Origin: Octopus sinensis
Lineage: Eukaryota
Direction of reading: 5' to 3'
NCBI RefSeq assembly: GCF_006345805.1
Contig: NC_042998.1
Location: 77,190,001-77,254,000 of the forward strand
Length of the DNA stretch: 64,000 nucleotides
The notes under the pieces were generated by a model that worked only from the letters and a program-made list of their open reading frames with translations, was not told the DNA's origin and did no database searches. The translations under genes and the position numbers were made by a program. Positions 14,285-26,556 of this stretch are shown one piece after another (positions within the stretch are counted from its first letter, which is position 1; the number at the start of each line of letters is the position of its first letter).

Positions 14285-15614
14285 AGAACGTTTCTTGTTC
14301 TTATAATAGACGATATGTTTGTATTTTGTAGCGTCAGTGGTTGCTGAATGAGAGAATTTATTCTGGTATGACCTGGTATGCTAATTTTTCAAGGAAATTA
14401 CCACAAAATTACTTGCTTCACTAACATTATTCCTGACGTGAGTATGCACATGTTTCTCTTTATGGTAGTTTTATTTCTCAATTAACTGTGTTTTTGCATT
14501 TTACCATGAGCACTATGTCTGTACTTATTATTTCTCTTTGTCCACGTTTTTATTCTTTCCTTTCTTATTTTTGTGCAAGTTAGCACTGTATGACGTCGAA
14601 GTTTTAATATTCTTATCATTTTATCATTTTAGTTTTGCACCCAGTATTTCTTTTATATGAAAATTGTTCAGTGGACGAAAGTTCAAAAGTCCGTCTAAGC
14701 ATCTGGCCGCAGATAATTGACCTGTATCAGGTCACTTTCACTGCACAGGTATTTCTTTGTGTTTTTTGAATATACGGAGATGCTATATTTGTGGTTTGTA
14801 TTGCCAAGTTATTATCTAAGACAGGGTAGGGTTTGGGCCAGAATTTATACTAGAACTACGTCTGATTGTAAGGACGGAATAATTTTCGAGATTTTCTTTT
14901 TTTTATTAGCCTGCTACAATAACAATGTCATCAAAATACTTGATACAGGGAGTGGTATTTTCATTAGGAAGTCTCTTTTCTGTGTTGGCTATATAGAGCA
15001 CTGCAAATGTGGTACGAAATTCATACTAATACAATCCCATTTATACGACTTACGTCAAGGCAACTATCAGCAGAATAGTTCACAAGTAAATACTGTTCCT
15101 TAATGTCATGTGAAAACTAAGGCCTAAAAAAAGAGAAGAAACCCTGGAGATTACTGTCGAAAAGTATGACGCATTTACAGTTATAAATCTGTTAGCATTG
15201 CTGAACTGATTCAGAAACTGGAAGCTGATGTTCTGGAGCATCTCCCAAACGTAGTTTTTATAATTACCACATGTTACTTCCGCTAAAACACGCCTTAAGC
15301 ACGCATCGATTTCTTATGATCTACAAGTCAAAGAGCGCTGTGTACGTGGCTCCTCCCTTGACCGATAAATTGACGTAATAAATTTAATAAAAATAATAAA
15401 ATGACATTAGTAAATACTACCATATTTTGCAGCAAGAAGAAAGCGGACGAACTGTGCATTAAGTCCAAACTTGTGGGAAATGAAGAGGAAGAACGATTTT
15501 ATGTGTATAATAATAATTGCAAATACCTCTATGTGGGTTTTCGGTTGTAGATACACCGTCACCTGGGAGTGGTGGTGTATCGAAATAAATTACTCATATC
15601 TGGCACCAGAGTAA

Positions 15615-15717
15615 TATGCTTTATTTAAAGCAGGAGAAAATTCAACAAAACCTGGTACTCTGAGTTGAACGGCAACGGGTAACAGGTTTTGTTGAATTTT
15701 CTGCTGCTTTGAATAAA

Positions 15718-15722
<5 letters not shown>
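15615..15722. repeat. Foldback element: 36-bp arms with 2 mismatches and a 28-nt loop
   Basis: CTTTATTTAAAGCAGGAGAAAATTCAACAAAACCTG (15619-15654) vs CAGGTTTTGTTGAATTTTCTGCTGCTTTGAATAAAG (15683-15718); the loop retains TACTCTGAGTT; abuts (TA)n. Confidence 0.85.
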
Positions 15723-15764
<42 letters not shown>

Positions 15765-15815
15765 GTGAGGGAAGAAATGGAGCTGAACGAAGATTTTACA
15801 AAATTCCTTTTTATT

Positions 15816-15901
15816 ATTTTCTACACATGTTTCAAAGGCTGCAAATTCCCTAATTCGGATTGAATAAGGAGACCATTTTGCAGCTTTCTCTTCAGGAAAA
15901 T
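15816..15901 (-). ncRNA. Type I hammerhead ribozyme (complete catalytic core)
   Basis: Minus strand: ATTTTC / CTGAAGA / GAAAGCTGCAAA-31 nt-TTTGCAGCCTTT / GAAA / CA-TG-TG / TA / GAAAAT. Helix I 6/6 bp, helix II 11/12 bp, helix III 3 bp, GUA cleavage triplet (predicted cut between 15822 and 15821). Confidence 0.72.
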
Positions 15902-16707
15902 CCAGGAACTTAAATCTCCAAACAAATGCGCAGCAAGCTTTTCGAACAAACGCTCCCTAGGAGCCCATGGTATGAATGGCACAAAACTGTCTCTCAATAT
16001 GCGTTGACGTCAGGGTGGGTGAAGGCCGACGAAAAAGTCCGTTGAGATAAATCGAGGTCAAATTCCGGTTAACATTGGGTAGGGGAAGAATTACAGAAAA
16101 CCAAAGAGTGTGAATATATTCTGTATAACTAGTGTTAATGTTCGAATTGTTTTAAGAATGAAAGCTATCTTATTTGGGTGTGAGAAACTACCTACATGTA
16201 TGTGTGTGTGCGCCTATGTATGTGTGGCAGTATGTTTAGGAAGCAGCTAGGGAGAAAATATATTGTAGCTATTGTTGGTCAAGCAGCTGATAAAAACCTG
16301 TGTCTGTGTGTTCGTCTGTGACCAGTTTATAGACAGATGACTTGTCAACAAGGGGAGTATAATCCCTGATATTGTTTCTAAATAAGTAGCAGATCATACG
16401 CTAAAAGGGGAGTAATTTCCCCTTTCAAATTTAATTCAAAATTTTTTTCATTTTTTTCAAAAAAAAATTTCTTTTCTTAGGACAACAAGGTGTTAATTAT
16501 CTTAGACTTCAATTGTATGCAAGAAATGTATGCCGCCTCCAGTGGGGACATCTAAAAGAGTTTTGCAAAATCGAGTTAACTAGCTGCCCTCGGGCGAACA
16601 AAATGTGAAAAAGTTCTGAATCTGGTTTTTCGATGTTATTATTATTATTAATATTATTATCATTATTATTATTATCATCATCATCATCATCATCATCATT
16701 ATAATTA

Positions 16708-16749
<42 letters not shown>

Positions 16750-16785
16750 GTAGTAGTAGTAGTAGTAGTAGTAGTATCATTGTTA

Positions 16786-16935
16786 TTATAACATCGAAAG
16801 GTATCTTAGGAAAGAGAACCCAGGTTCAACATTTCCCCAACATACCCGATGAAGGCTGGAGAGTATATCAGCCGAAACATTGTGTTAACAATAAGATGAG
16901 GCCAAATATCCATCAAATGTAAATAATGTAAATAA
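16786..16935 (+). mobile_element. 3' half of the tRNA-headed, hammerhead-like repeat (same family as 26972-27690)
   Basis: ATAACATCGAAAG...GAGAACCCAGGTTC...CCGATGA-A-GGCTG-10 nt-CAGCC-GAAA-CATT-GTGTT...GATGAGGCCAAATATCCATCAAATGTAAATAATG; follows an (ATT)n tract. Confidence 0.7.
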
Positions 16936-16938
16936 TGA

Positions 16939-17642
16939 GATATAAGTAGTAGCAATACTAGACAGTAAGGTGGGTTTTTTTTGCCACTATAACATGGCCA
17001 TGTTATAAAGAACTATGTTACTACATTTTAACCTGAGGAAAACGTCTTTTCCAGCTGCTTAACGACACTCAACCTGTCTGATTTATTGTGAGTAAGGGAG
17101 CGAATCACTTACCTCCAGCTTGGTAAAACCAGGAGACCATGGTCTTTTAGTCTTTACCCTTCATCGGCACTGGATACCTGCCCGTTAGAAATGGCAGTCA
17201 ATCGTCCCTACTCATAATACGTAAACAGAGAAGCGACAGAGAGCCGCTGATCTCGTAATGCGCAGAGTAGCTAATTCTAAAATCTCTAAACCAGATATAA
17301 GTAGCAACAATACTAGACGGTAACGTTTTTTTTGCCACTATAACATGGTTGTTCTATAAAGAACTTTGTTACTACATTTTAATCCCAGGAAAATATTTTC
17401 TTCAGCTGGTTAACGACACACTACCTATAGCCGATATATGGTAAGGGAGCGAATTACTCCCCTCCAGCTTGGCAAGACCAGTAGTCCATGGTTTTTGAGT
17501 CTTTATCTCTCATCTACTGGTTTTGCCAAGCAGGAGGGTAGTGATTCGCTCCCTTACACACAATATATCGGACACAGGTTGTGTGCCATTAATCAGCTGG
17601 AAAAGTCGTTTTCCTGGGGTTAAAATGTAGTAACATAGTTCT
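16939..17642. repeat. Direct repeat (355-bp period) whose second unit folds back on an inverted copy
   Basis: Units start GATATAAGTAG at 16939 and 17294; inverted arms 17360-17484 and 17514-17642. Confidence 0.8.
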
Positions 17643-17889
17643 ACCTGAATGCTTATCAAGTGCAACTACTCTCATTATCTCCTAAAATAGTCAAACCACA
17701 CTTGCTAAAAATTTTATATTAGGTGCAGCAATCCGGTTTTGCAGGCTCATTGAACCACCAAAAACGTTATAACACTTAAGCAAGCTGGAGATAAATAGGA
17801 GGCGGGGCAGTACTATATATAGCAGCTGTTAATTAACACAATGATCCGAGAAAAACAGTAAAAAAGTCGGAGGAACGTAACCATATTGT

Positions 17890-18130
17890 AGCTGAAATAT
17901 CAACAGGTTTTTGATAGTAAACTGCCTGAGTGGATTATCGAGGCTTTACCGTTAGCCAGTGTTCTACAACCACTAGTGAGTGCTTGAACACCTGAACATG
18001 ACTTAGTACACCATTTTGCTCTTTAGGAGTGGTAAGGAGCAAATTCAGTCGGATAGCATTCACTACCAAAGAGGTATCTTTCAGGATGATAGCTTATCGG
18101 TGTCGTTCTTTGTCCTCTCACGAAACATGA
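17890..18130 (+). pseudogene. Old reverse-transcriptase relic, R4/Dong-like non-LTR element
   Basis: YQQVFDSKLPEWIIEAL (DYxKAFDSVPHxWI-like) at about 17898 and IHYQRGIFQDDSLSVSFFVLS (RGIFQGDSLS-like) at about 18058. Not in the ORF track. Confidence 0.6.
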
Positions 18131-19169
18131 AACTCACTATCATATCTGCTCACAAAAGATAGTGGCTTTAGAAGTGAAACCAGAAGTGCCTCCTATCTTT
18201 TCTTATAAATATTTATGTTCGCTACAGGTTAAGCCATTTTATACATCTACCGATCTGTTCATTTATTCATACATTCTTTCGTGTATCTATTCAATGATTA
18301 TTCATTAACTCTTTCTTTTTCATTTCAGTTTCATCTTTATCAGATAATGTTTATGCGATTGAATAAATAAGTTTCTCCTTGATTAATTGTAAACTAGGTA
18401 ATCCGTATCACAATGCTTATTATCACGTATCATATGTAATTATATATATGTATGTAAAGTCGAAATGATGGGAAGTGGGACACATGTCATAATTAGTCAT
18501 ATCGATTAAGGATTGATTTAAACAAGGAACTAGTTTACTTCAAGCCAACGAGGGAATGCCTCTGCATGCGAGCTCACCATGCAAGAAATAGCAACCATAT
18601 AGCTTGACATTGGCCACCGCAATTGTCTTCTAAATCTGAAGTTTTCTACTTCGTTTTGTATGAAATTTTTAATTTTAGATAATTCTTAGCACTACTCGAA
18701 GTTGTTTGCTTATTTATTCACACTCTGTTTCCTTTGCTTCTCTAACCCCATATGCACGTCAGTTTTATTTTGTGTTTTTCCTTTGACATTTTCCTTCTTG
18801 GTTTGCTCCCCACCTCCACACTTTTCATTTCACCGTGTGATCATCATTTCCCTTTTATCCTCTAACTCCAGCAGGCTCGGCTCAGGTTATAAAATGAAGC
18901 ACCCCTCTCCTTACTTGCTACGTCCCTTATCGCACTCTCCCCACACTATTCACAGCTGACGTTATATTTTTCATTCTCCCATCCCTCACCAAGCAATTCA
19001 CATTAAATTTTACCGTCCTTTGATTTTTTTAGCTTAATGTGAAAAGGGAAGGCCGTGATATAGGCATTGTCATTCTGATATATTGAGGTATATATTTTCT
19101 CTCTAAAGAACAAGTGTCAAAACACACAGCAAATAGACTCATTATAATACATTTTCGCTGATAATCTAC

Positions 19170-19318
<149 letters not shown>

Positions 19319-19385
19319 GGTAAAACGGTAAGATAACAAAAGAAAGAAAGAGACCTCAATATTATGTAAATAGAGGAAATTTATC

Positions 19386-19603
19386 TATACAATAATATGT
19401 TACTTTACTCGATAGTCAAGATAAAACTCTGAGTTTCAGATGCCGAAGTGGGAATCCACGACATCTCTTCGGTTATCTGGCTATTTGAAATATTTGGTTT
19501 TCAAATAGCCAGATAACCGAAGAGATGTCGTGGATTCCCACTTCGTCATCTGAAACTCAGAGTTTTATCTTGACTATCGAGTAATGTAACATATTATTGT
19601 ATA
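19386..19603. mobile_element. Near-perfect 218-bp palindrome (105-bp arms, 2 mismatches, 8-nt loop) in a (TA)n context
   Basis: Arms 19386-19490 and 19499-19603; each arm holds a hammerhead-like motif reading outward (19420-19477 minus, 19512-19569 plus). Confidence 0.9.
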
Positions 19604-21315
19604 TATATATATATATATATAGCTAGCTAGCTATCTGTCCGTCCGTCCGTCTGTCTTTCTCTCTCCATCTGTCAGTCAATCTGTCTGTCTTTCTCTCTCT
19701 CACTCTCTCTCTCTCGCTCCACACACACACACACACAAACACACATACACGATTACATGTTAAAAATTGTGTTTGTTGGAATACCAAGTACCGTGCCAAT
19801 CCGTAGTTAATCTTTATTAAGAGGCGTTAATCGATGATAGCTACTTTGGGGTTAGAGAAATCACTTTATGAGAATTATTTTGCATAACAGTGTACATTAC
19901 ATATAACAAAGCTACATAAACAGATTATTATATATCAATTTATATCATGTAGTATCGCAATAAGCTATATATACTGAATGTATTAAGTATTACTATCGAT
20001 TGCAATATCATATATATTATGTTAGGATTCATAATATAGTTGTGTGATATGTTACTAGGATTTCTTAAATCTATATAAAGCTTAAGTAGATTGTCATTGG
20101 ATATAAAGAGAGAACCGAAACGACATAATCTACAGGGATTGGTTTCTGAGAATTGTTTCTCTAAATGCTTCTTTAGTCAGAGGTTTGCTAGATCAGAAGC
20201 AGTTTCAAAGTTTGAGATTAAACTTATCGTTACATCTCGTAGATATTTTATTAGGCTCTTGTTCAGACTGAAAGACTGTGTGCAGATAGAAGTTAGCATT
20301 TAATTTCTAAGAATAAAATAAGACGTTCAATCAGTTAGCGGATTTATTGATGCGAAGAAAGTGAAGGATTTAGCAAAAGTTTCGGCTTGAAAATGTTTGG
20401 CATTCAGTGGGACGATAGTAGGTATGTGGGCCGAGAGGTAACATTGTAATTCTTCTGCATGCAAAAAAGTATTGAGGTGCAGTGGGTGATTGGAAGACAG
20501 TTATAGTTTCACATTCCTTTGCTCTAAATCCCCATCAGATATTTGTTTTTGTTTCGTAGCTTTTGGGTAGTCTAGGTCAATATGTAATTGATACTTTACG
20601 TAATGAATACGTGCTGCACATAGTTTTAGTATTAGGTAGTCATTCTGTTTCTTTGAGCTTTACCTCAGAGAAACTTATGGCCATACATTAAGTATCGATA
20701 ATAGGTGCTTAAAAGTTCTTTGGAAATTTCGAATCACCAGAAATGTATAAGGTATTTGAAATGCAAAAACGTATTGAAAGAAAAACAAATAGATATCGCA
20801 GATATCCGATGGACAGAAAAACACAATATGCAACTAAATTTGAGTTACCTCACTTCAGCAAAGAAGCTGCACTTATGCTACCATACACTCTTTTCAAGGG
20901 CTAAGACCTTGTGGCATCAAACACCGCTAAAGACCGGCGACAGTGACTTAAGAAGGGGTGTCCATATATTCAACAAAGTCGACATGACCCTGGGGGCGTG
21001 TTTCTAGACCCTCATGACTTTTAGGTCTAGTTACCCTCCTCTCGCTGTTATTCCCTTCTCCACTTTCGCCAGTTTTCACCTTGGATATTTTTGTCCGCTG
21101 TGGCCTGGCTACTCAAAGTAAAATATAAAGACTGAAGTACCTTAGACCGGTCACGAGGAAAACATACGATATTCAAGTCTTGATTGTTGAGATCAATTTT
21201 AAAATTCACCTAAAGCAGTGAGACTGAACTCCAAGAGCACATGGTTAGAAAGCAATCTCCCTTACTACTCACCCACGACTGTATATGCGTGTGTGTGTGT
21301 GTATATATATGTATA

Positions 21316-21363
<48 letters not shown>

Positions 21364-21366
<3 letters not shown>

Positions 21367-21763
21367 TTATATATAAAAGTCAAGTTGTGTGTCTGTCTCC
21401 TACGATTTAGATTCCTAACTACTACCACATTTTGCGGTGCAGTTTAACAAAAACCGAGTATCTTATAGTCGTGATTCATATCGAGCCCTTCTGGGTATTA
21501 GCGCGCGTCTACGATGAGTCTACGATTTTAAAAAATAATTACCTTCATTTTTTTTTTCCATTTTAATGCATTTTTTTCGCTATTATATAAGGGAAGTAAG
21601 TCTCTAAAAATGTCTACGATGAGTCAACGATTTAAAAAAAAATTACCATCATTTTTTCCCATTTTTAATGCATCGTTTTGCTATTTTTTGGCTATAACTC
21701 TCTAAAAATGCTTATATTGTTATTTCCCTTACAAACCCGAGCAACGCCGGGCGATACTGCTAG
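21364..21763 (+). mobile_element. Non-autonomous Helitron
   Basis: A|TC start (TCTTTATATATAAAAG), subterminal hairpin CCCG-AGCAACGC-CGGG, CTAG|T end; internal tandem duplication of about 105 bp (GTCTACGATGAGTC...). Confidence 0.8.
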
Positions 21764-22230
21764 TATTATATAAAATCGTTTTGTCTGTCTGTGTGTCTTC
21801 TAGGAACTCGGGCATCCTCCATCCAATTGCGCTCAAATTTGATATGTAGATACCGACGGTATCAGGGCGTGTATAAGTCTTGAAAAAATTACAAAAATCG
21901 ATTCTAGGTGAGAATACGATCGATAAAGCCGTGGGAACGTGCATTTGTACGCGCAAGTGCATTAACTGTTGCGATCGATACTACGCGTACGAGAGAAAAA
22001 TGCACGTGCACTTTGCGCCAAAAAAAGCCGGCTGACTTGAAATAATGCCACAAAATGCATATATTTAAGAGACCCAAAAAGTAAGATGAAAAAGATATTT
22101 ACTTCAAACTTGGCATGAAGGAAAGAAAAACTATTTGGTTTCTCAAGAATTTTTTTTGCCTTAACTTTGTTTAACAAAACCAAAAATTTTATTGAAATAA
22201 AGGCAGGCATGCTTAATTATTTTTTAATTA
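21764..22230 (+). mobile_element. Second Helitron-like non-autonomous element in tandem; 3' end not defined
   Basis: Begins TATTATATAAAATCG...GTCTGTCTGTGTGTC, resembling the 5' end of the preceding element; no CTAG terminus found. Confidence 0.45.
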
Positions 22231-22377
22231 AAAGAAAACACTGATTGCTTTTTATTCAACCGATATGATTCAGCACCGTCCATTGGACGGGGGTTTTTTT
22301 GCTCGTATATATGTATGTACATACATACACACATACATACATGCATACATACATACATACATACATACATACATACA

Positions 22378-22411
<34 letters not shown>

Positions 22412-22638
22412 CATACATACATATATATATACGCTTCTAAATTTGTGTTACAAGATTCCTGATGAGAAGGCGTTTAGTAGTTTTTGCATTGTAACTCGTG
22501 TCCATTGTACAAAAACCTTTCGTCACATATCTGTGAGCTCCTCGGCGATAACTTCCGTATTTGTGTGTGCTCTTGCCTTTCCTTCCCGACGAAGAGTTGG
22601 GTAAGAGACGTAAGAAAAAGACCATCCCGAAATATAAC

Positions 22639-22753
<115 letters not shown>

Positions 22754-22773
22754 CATAGATAGATAAATAGATA

Positions 22774-23300
<527 letters not shown>

Positions 23301-23344
23301 AGAGTATATATGTTTATATATAATATTATATGGTTCATTTATTT

Positions 23345-23560
23345 GTATTATCTTTTAGGCTTCACTTTGTACTTGTGTTAGACATTGGACTTCGGACATA
23401 CTGCCTTGCACTGTTTTGTCGAGCAAATGCACTATAGTACTTATTTTTCAAGTCTGCTACTTATTCTATAGGGTTCTCTTGCCGTAAATATGCTACCTTT
23501 GGTTGTCAAAAAGTAGGGTCAGAAACGTAAACATAGAGGGACACACATACGTATACCACA
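23345..23560 (-). mobile_element. Decayed 3' half of SINE family B
   Basis: Reverse complement gives GGCAAGAGAACCCTATAGAATAAGTAGCAGACTTGAAAAATAAGTAC, similar to 23165-23215. Confidence 0.55.
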
Positions 23561-23593
23561 CACACACACACATATATACACACATATATATGC

Positions 23594-23644
<51 letters not shown>

Positions 23645-23710
23645 TATGATATATACATATAAGTATATACATATAGATATATATATTATATATATATATA
23701 TATTATATAT

Positions 23711-23744
<34 letters not shown>

Positions 23745-23745
<1 letters not shown>

Positions 23746-25980
23746 TGTACACATTGTTGCTTTATCTGATGTAGAGCATTTGTCTAACTTCAAAGTATTT
23801 GTGGGCCAGTTTATATGAGGGAGGTTAGAATCACCCACCACTAGTATGTCTCCGTATTTTTGAAGGAAGGACTTGATTTTGTTGAGGCACTCTTCAAAGC
23901 ACTTTAGAGGGGCTTGGAGAGGTCTGTAAAGACTAACAATGATTATCTCTTTGGTCTTATTGAATAGTGATATAGATTCACAATAGCCATTCGAAAATGT
24001 GTCCTTGGCATCAACTGAAAAGGAGTCATGGAGAAAGATGGCGGTCACCTTTTTATTTCGGTCTGTGCGATCTGCACGGATGATGGTGAAATCTTTTATT
24101 TTCACCTCGGCATCCATATGTGTGTTGTTTAGGTGAGTTTCAGTAAGGATAACGGGAGGCCAACTCTCTATATATGGGATCTTCTATTTTTGGGCAATGA
24201 TTGATGGGTTGATGCGACGTACATTTAACAAGAATGTCGAGGTAAGGGTAGTTTGATGTTTGCATTGTCCTAAGTTATGTTTTATATTGATCAGTGGTAG
24301 CAATGAGGGTAGTTTTGTATGGACCTGTGTGTGTATGATTTTCTAGTTGGTAGTGGATGTGTGTTCTTGGGATTTGCATAAATGGTTGCTGATAGCTCGT
24401 TAGATCTCCTGGCTTAGGTCGGCCTTCATATTTTCTAGATAAATTAGTAAAAAGGAGTTGCCTCTTTGGTTTCTCACTTGGTCAGAGGATACACAGTTCA
24501 TATTTATGTTATTTGGTGTTATGGTTTTTCCATAATTCTGTCTTCGTTGTTTGATTTTAGGAGGTGAAATTTGGTTGTATTTTTTTTTTGTCGTAGGTCT
24601 CCTCTGTTGCTGTTTAAATTTATTTTTCGATCGTTTTGTGTCCTTCAGATGGTGGTGGTTGCATTCTGGGTTCAAGCATATCCTTTGTGACACAGACGTT
24701 TGGCCCAGTTTAGGATGGAAGAAGGTGCATCCATTGCATTTTGTGCATCCATATTTAGGATCAGGACTATGGACTCTGTATTTAGGACAGTATTTGGGGT
24801 GGAAGTGGGGGAAGTTTTTTCCGTTATACCATATGGACAGGTGCCCTTAACAAGTCTACGGCATAAGGTAGGATGGAAAAAAGCACAGCGTCCCTTGTTG
24901 TTGGTGCCGCTGGGGCCAAATCTACAGTTGCCTTGAGAATGGTAACGATAGGGCTTTTGACGTGTGCATAGTAGAGGTTCTTCTGTACTAGTTGGCTCGT
25001 TGGTCAGTGGTCCTTTCGTAGTAGCAGTAGCAGACTGTTGTTGTTGCTGTAGTGGCAGTGAAACCCCACTTGCAACAGTAGGGCTGGGTGGAATCGGGTC
25101 AGATACTGGTGCCAAACAAGGTGCTTCCAATGTAGTAGCAGTAGCAGACTGTTGTTGTTGTGGTAATGAGTCCTGGCCTGCCGCGGTAGTGTTGAGTGGA
25201 ATTAGGTCAGATAGCGATATCAATAAGACTGTTGTGTGTTACTGGCTAGCGGGTCGTTGAAGTGACCCCTGACCTGATGGAGTTGGGCCAGTTGGTGGAC
25301 TACATCCGTTGACAACTATGGCTTCTAATGTTGACATGTGCGCGTGTAAAGTATGAACAGATCTGTAAAAGGATTTTGACGCTAATTTTTCAGCGATTTT
25401 ACCGTAAACATTAGCTTTTACACAATCGTTATGGAGAGTGCACCAAGCGTTTATCAGTGCACTGATTTCATTATCTACCCAGTTCCGTTTTAGAATATTA
25501 TTGGCCATATTCAGTGGGACAGTATCATACACTGTACGTCAGTTATAATAGTGAATGCACTGTCGAAAAGTTTGTGTTGATATATTCGGAAATGCGTGGC
25601 TATATCTGGGTGTGTGGGGAAAAGTTTAGTGTATTTAGTACAAATCAGAATGAGCGGTGTGTTTAAGTATTGTACTCACGGGACTAGTTTTAGAACTAGT
25701 CTTGTGTTTAGTTTTGGTTTATATTTGTTTCTCCGGGTTGTATATAAATTTGTGTAAATTTATCCTCTAATGATTGTAAAATAGTAGTGTAGTAGCATTC
25801 CAGAGTTCTGGGACTAAAAACAAGAAAAGTTACTGCTGGTTTGAGTTGAAATCTGCTTCTTTGGTAACTGATTGGCCGGAACTATATATATATATTTCGT
25901 TTTTGGATTTGAGTTACAAGATTCTTCATGTGAGCTCGTGTATTGAAGCATATACTGTTGTGTTGGGGAGAGTCATTCTC
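23745..25980 (-). mobile_element. CR1-group LINE 1: decayed ORF1 (Myb/SANT-like + four CCCH-like repeats) and APE endonuclease; RT and 3' end missing
   Basis: ORF1 pieces 25239-25532, 24672-25223, 24400-24693. Endonuclease motifs LTETHL, IIRADR, SLYRP, LVVGDSNLPHINW at about 24240-23750. The 5' boundary is approximate. Confidence 0.8.
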
Positions 25981-26504
25981 TTTTAGTGCCTTATAATTTA
26001 ACACACTCACCGATAAAATTTCCACTTATATCCTTTATTTTTCTAAAATTTTCGTTGCGTCTTGCAACCTTTTCAATAGTTTTGACTCTGACCGTTATTC
26101 ACACTGCGTTCCTTTTTGTTTGTTTCTGCGCATGTGTATGGGTTAGTGAGTGTGTGTGCATATACATGCATGCATGTATGTATGCATGTATGTATGTATG
26201 TATGCATATTTTACAGCTGATATTTAACTATATTTTACAGCTGAATTTGAATGTTTTAATATCGCTGTTTGAAACGATCGTATGCATGTATTAAAATTCT
26301 CTTCTTCATTTTTAACAAATTTGTTGAGTTCTATGGGATGCTTTTCCATAAATTCACATAACATACATTATACAAATATTAATTTCATATTCCCAAACTT
26401 ACGCCAGTAAGCTACGAGCAATATATGAAGAATCCTTATTAGAAATCGTTTTTTGGAACCCTCCAAAATAAAAGGACGAAATATAGTTCAACCTGTTTAC
26501 ACAC

Positions 26505-26556
<52 letters not shown>

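Noticed and set aside
15280-15380. Host promoter (ACTTCCG ETS-like and TGACGTAA CRE-like sites)
   Set aside because: Short motifs expected by chance, and no downstream exon was identified.
16575-16600. Helitron 3' terminus on the minus strand (GCCC-GA-GGGC-AGCTAG|T)
   Set aside because: The hairpin is very short and no matching TC 5' end could be located.
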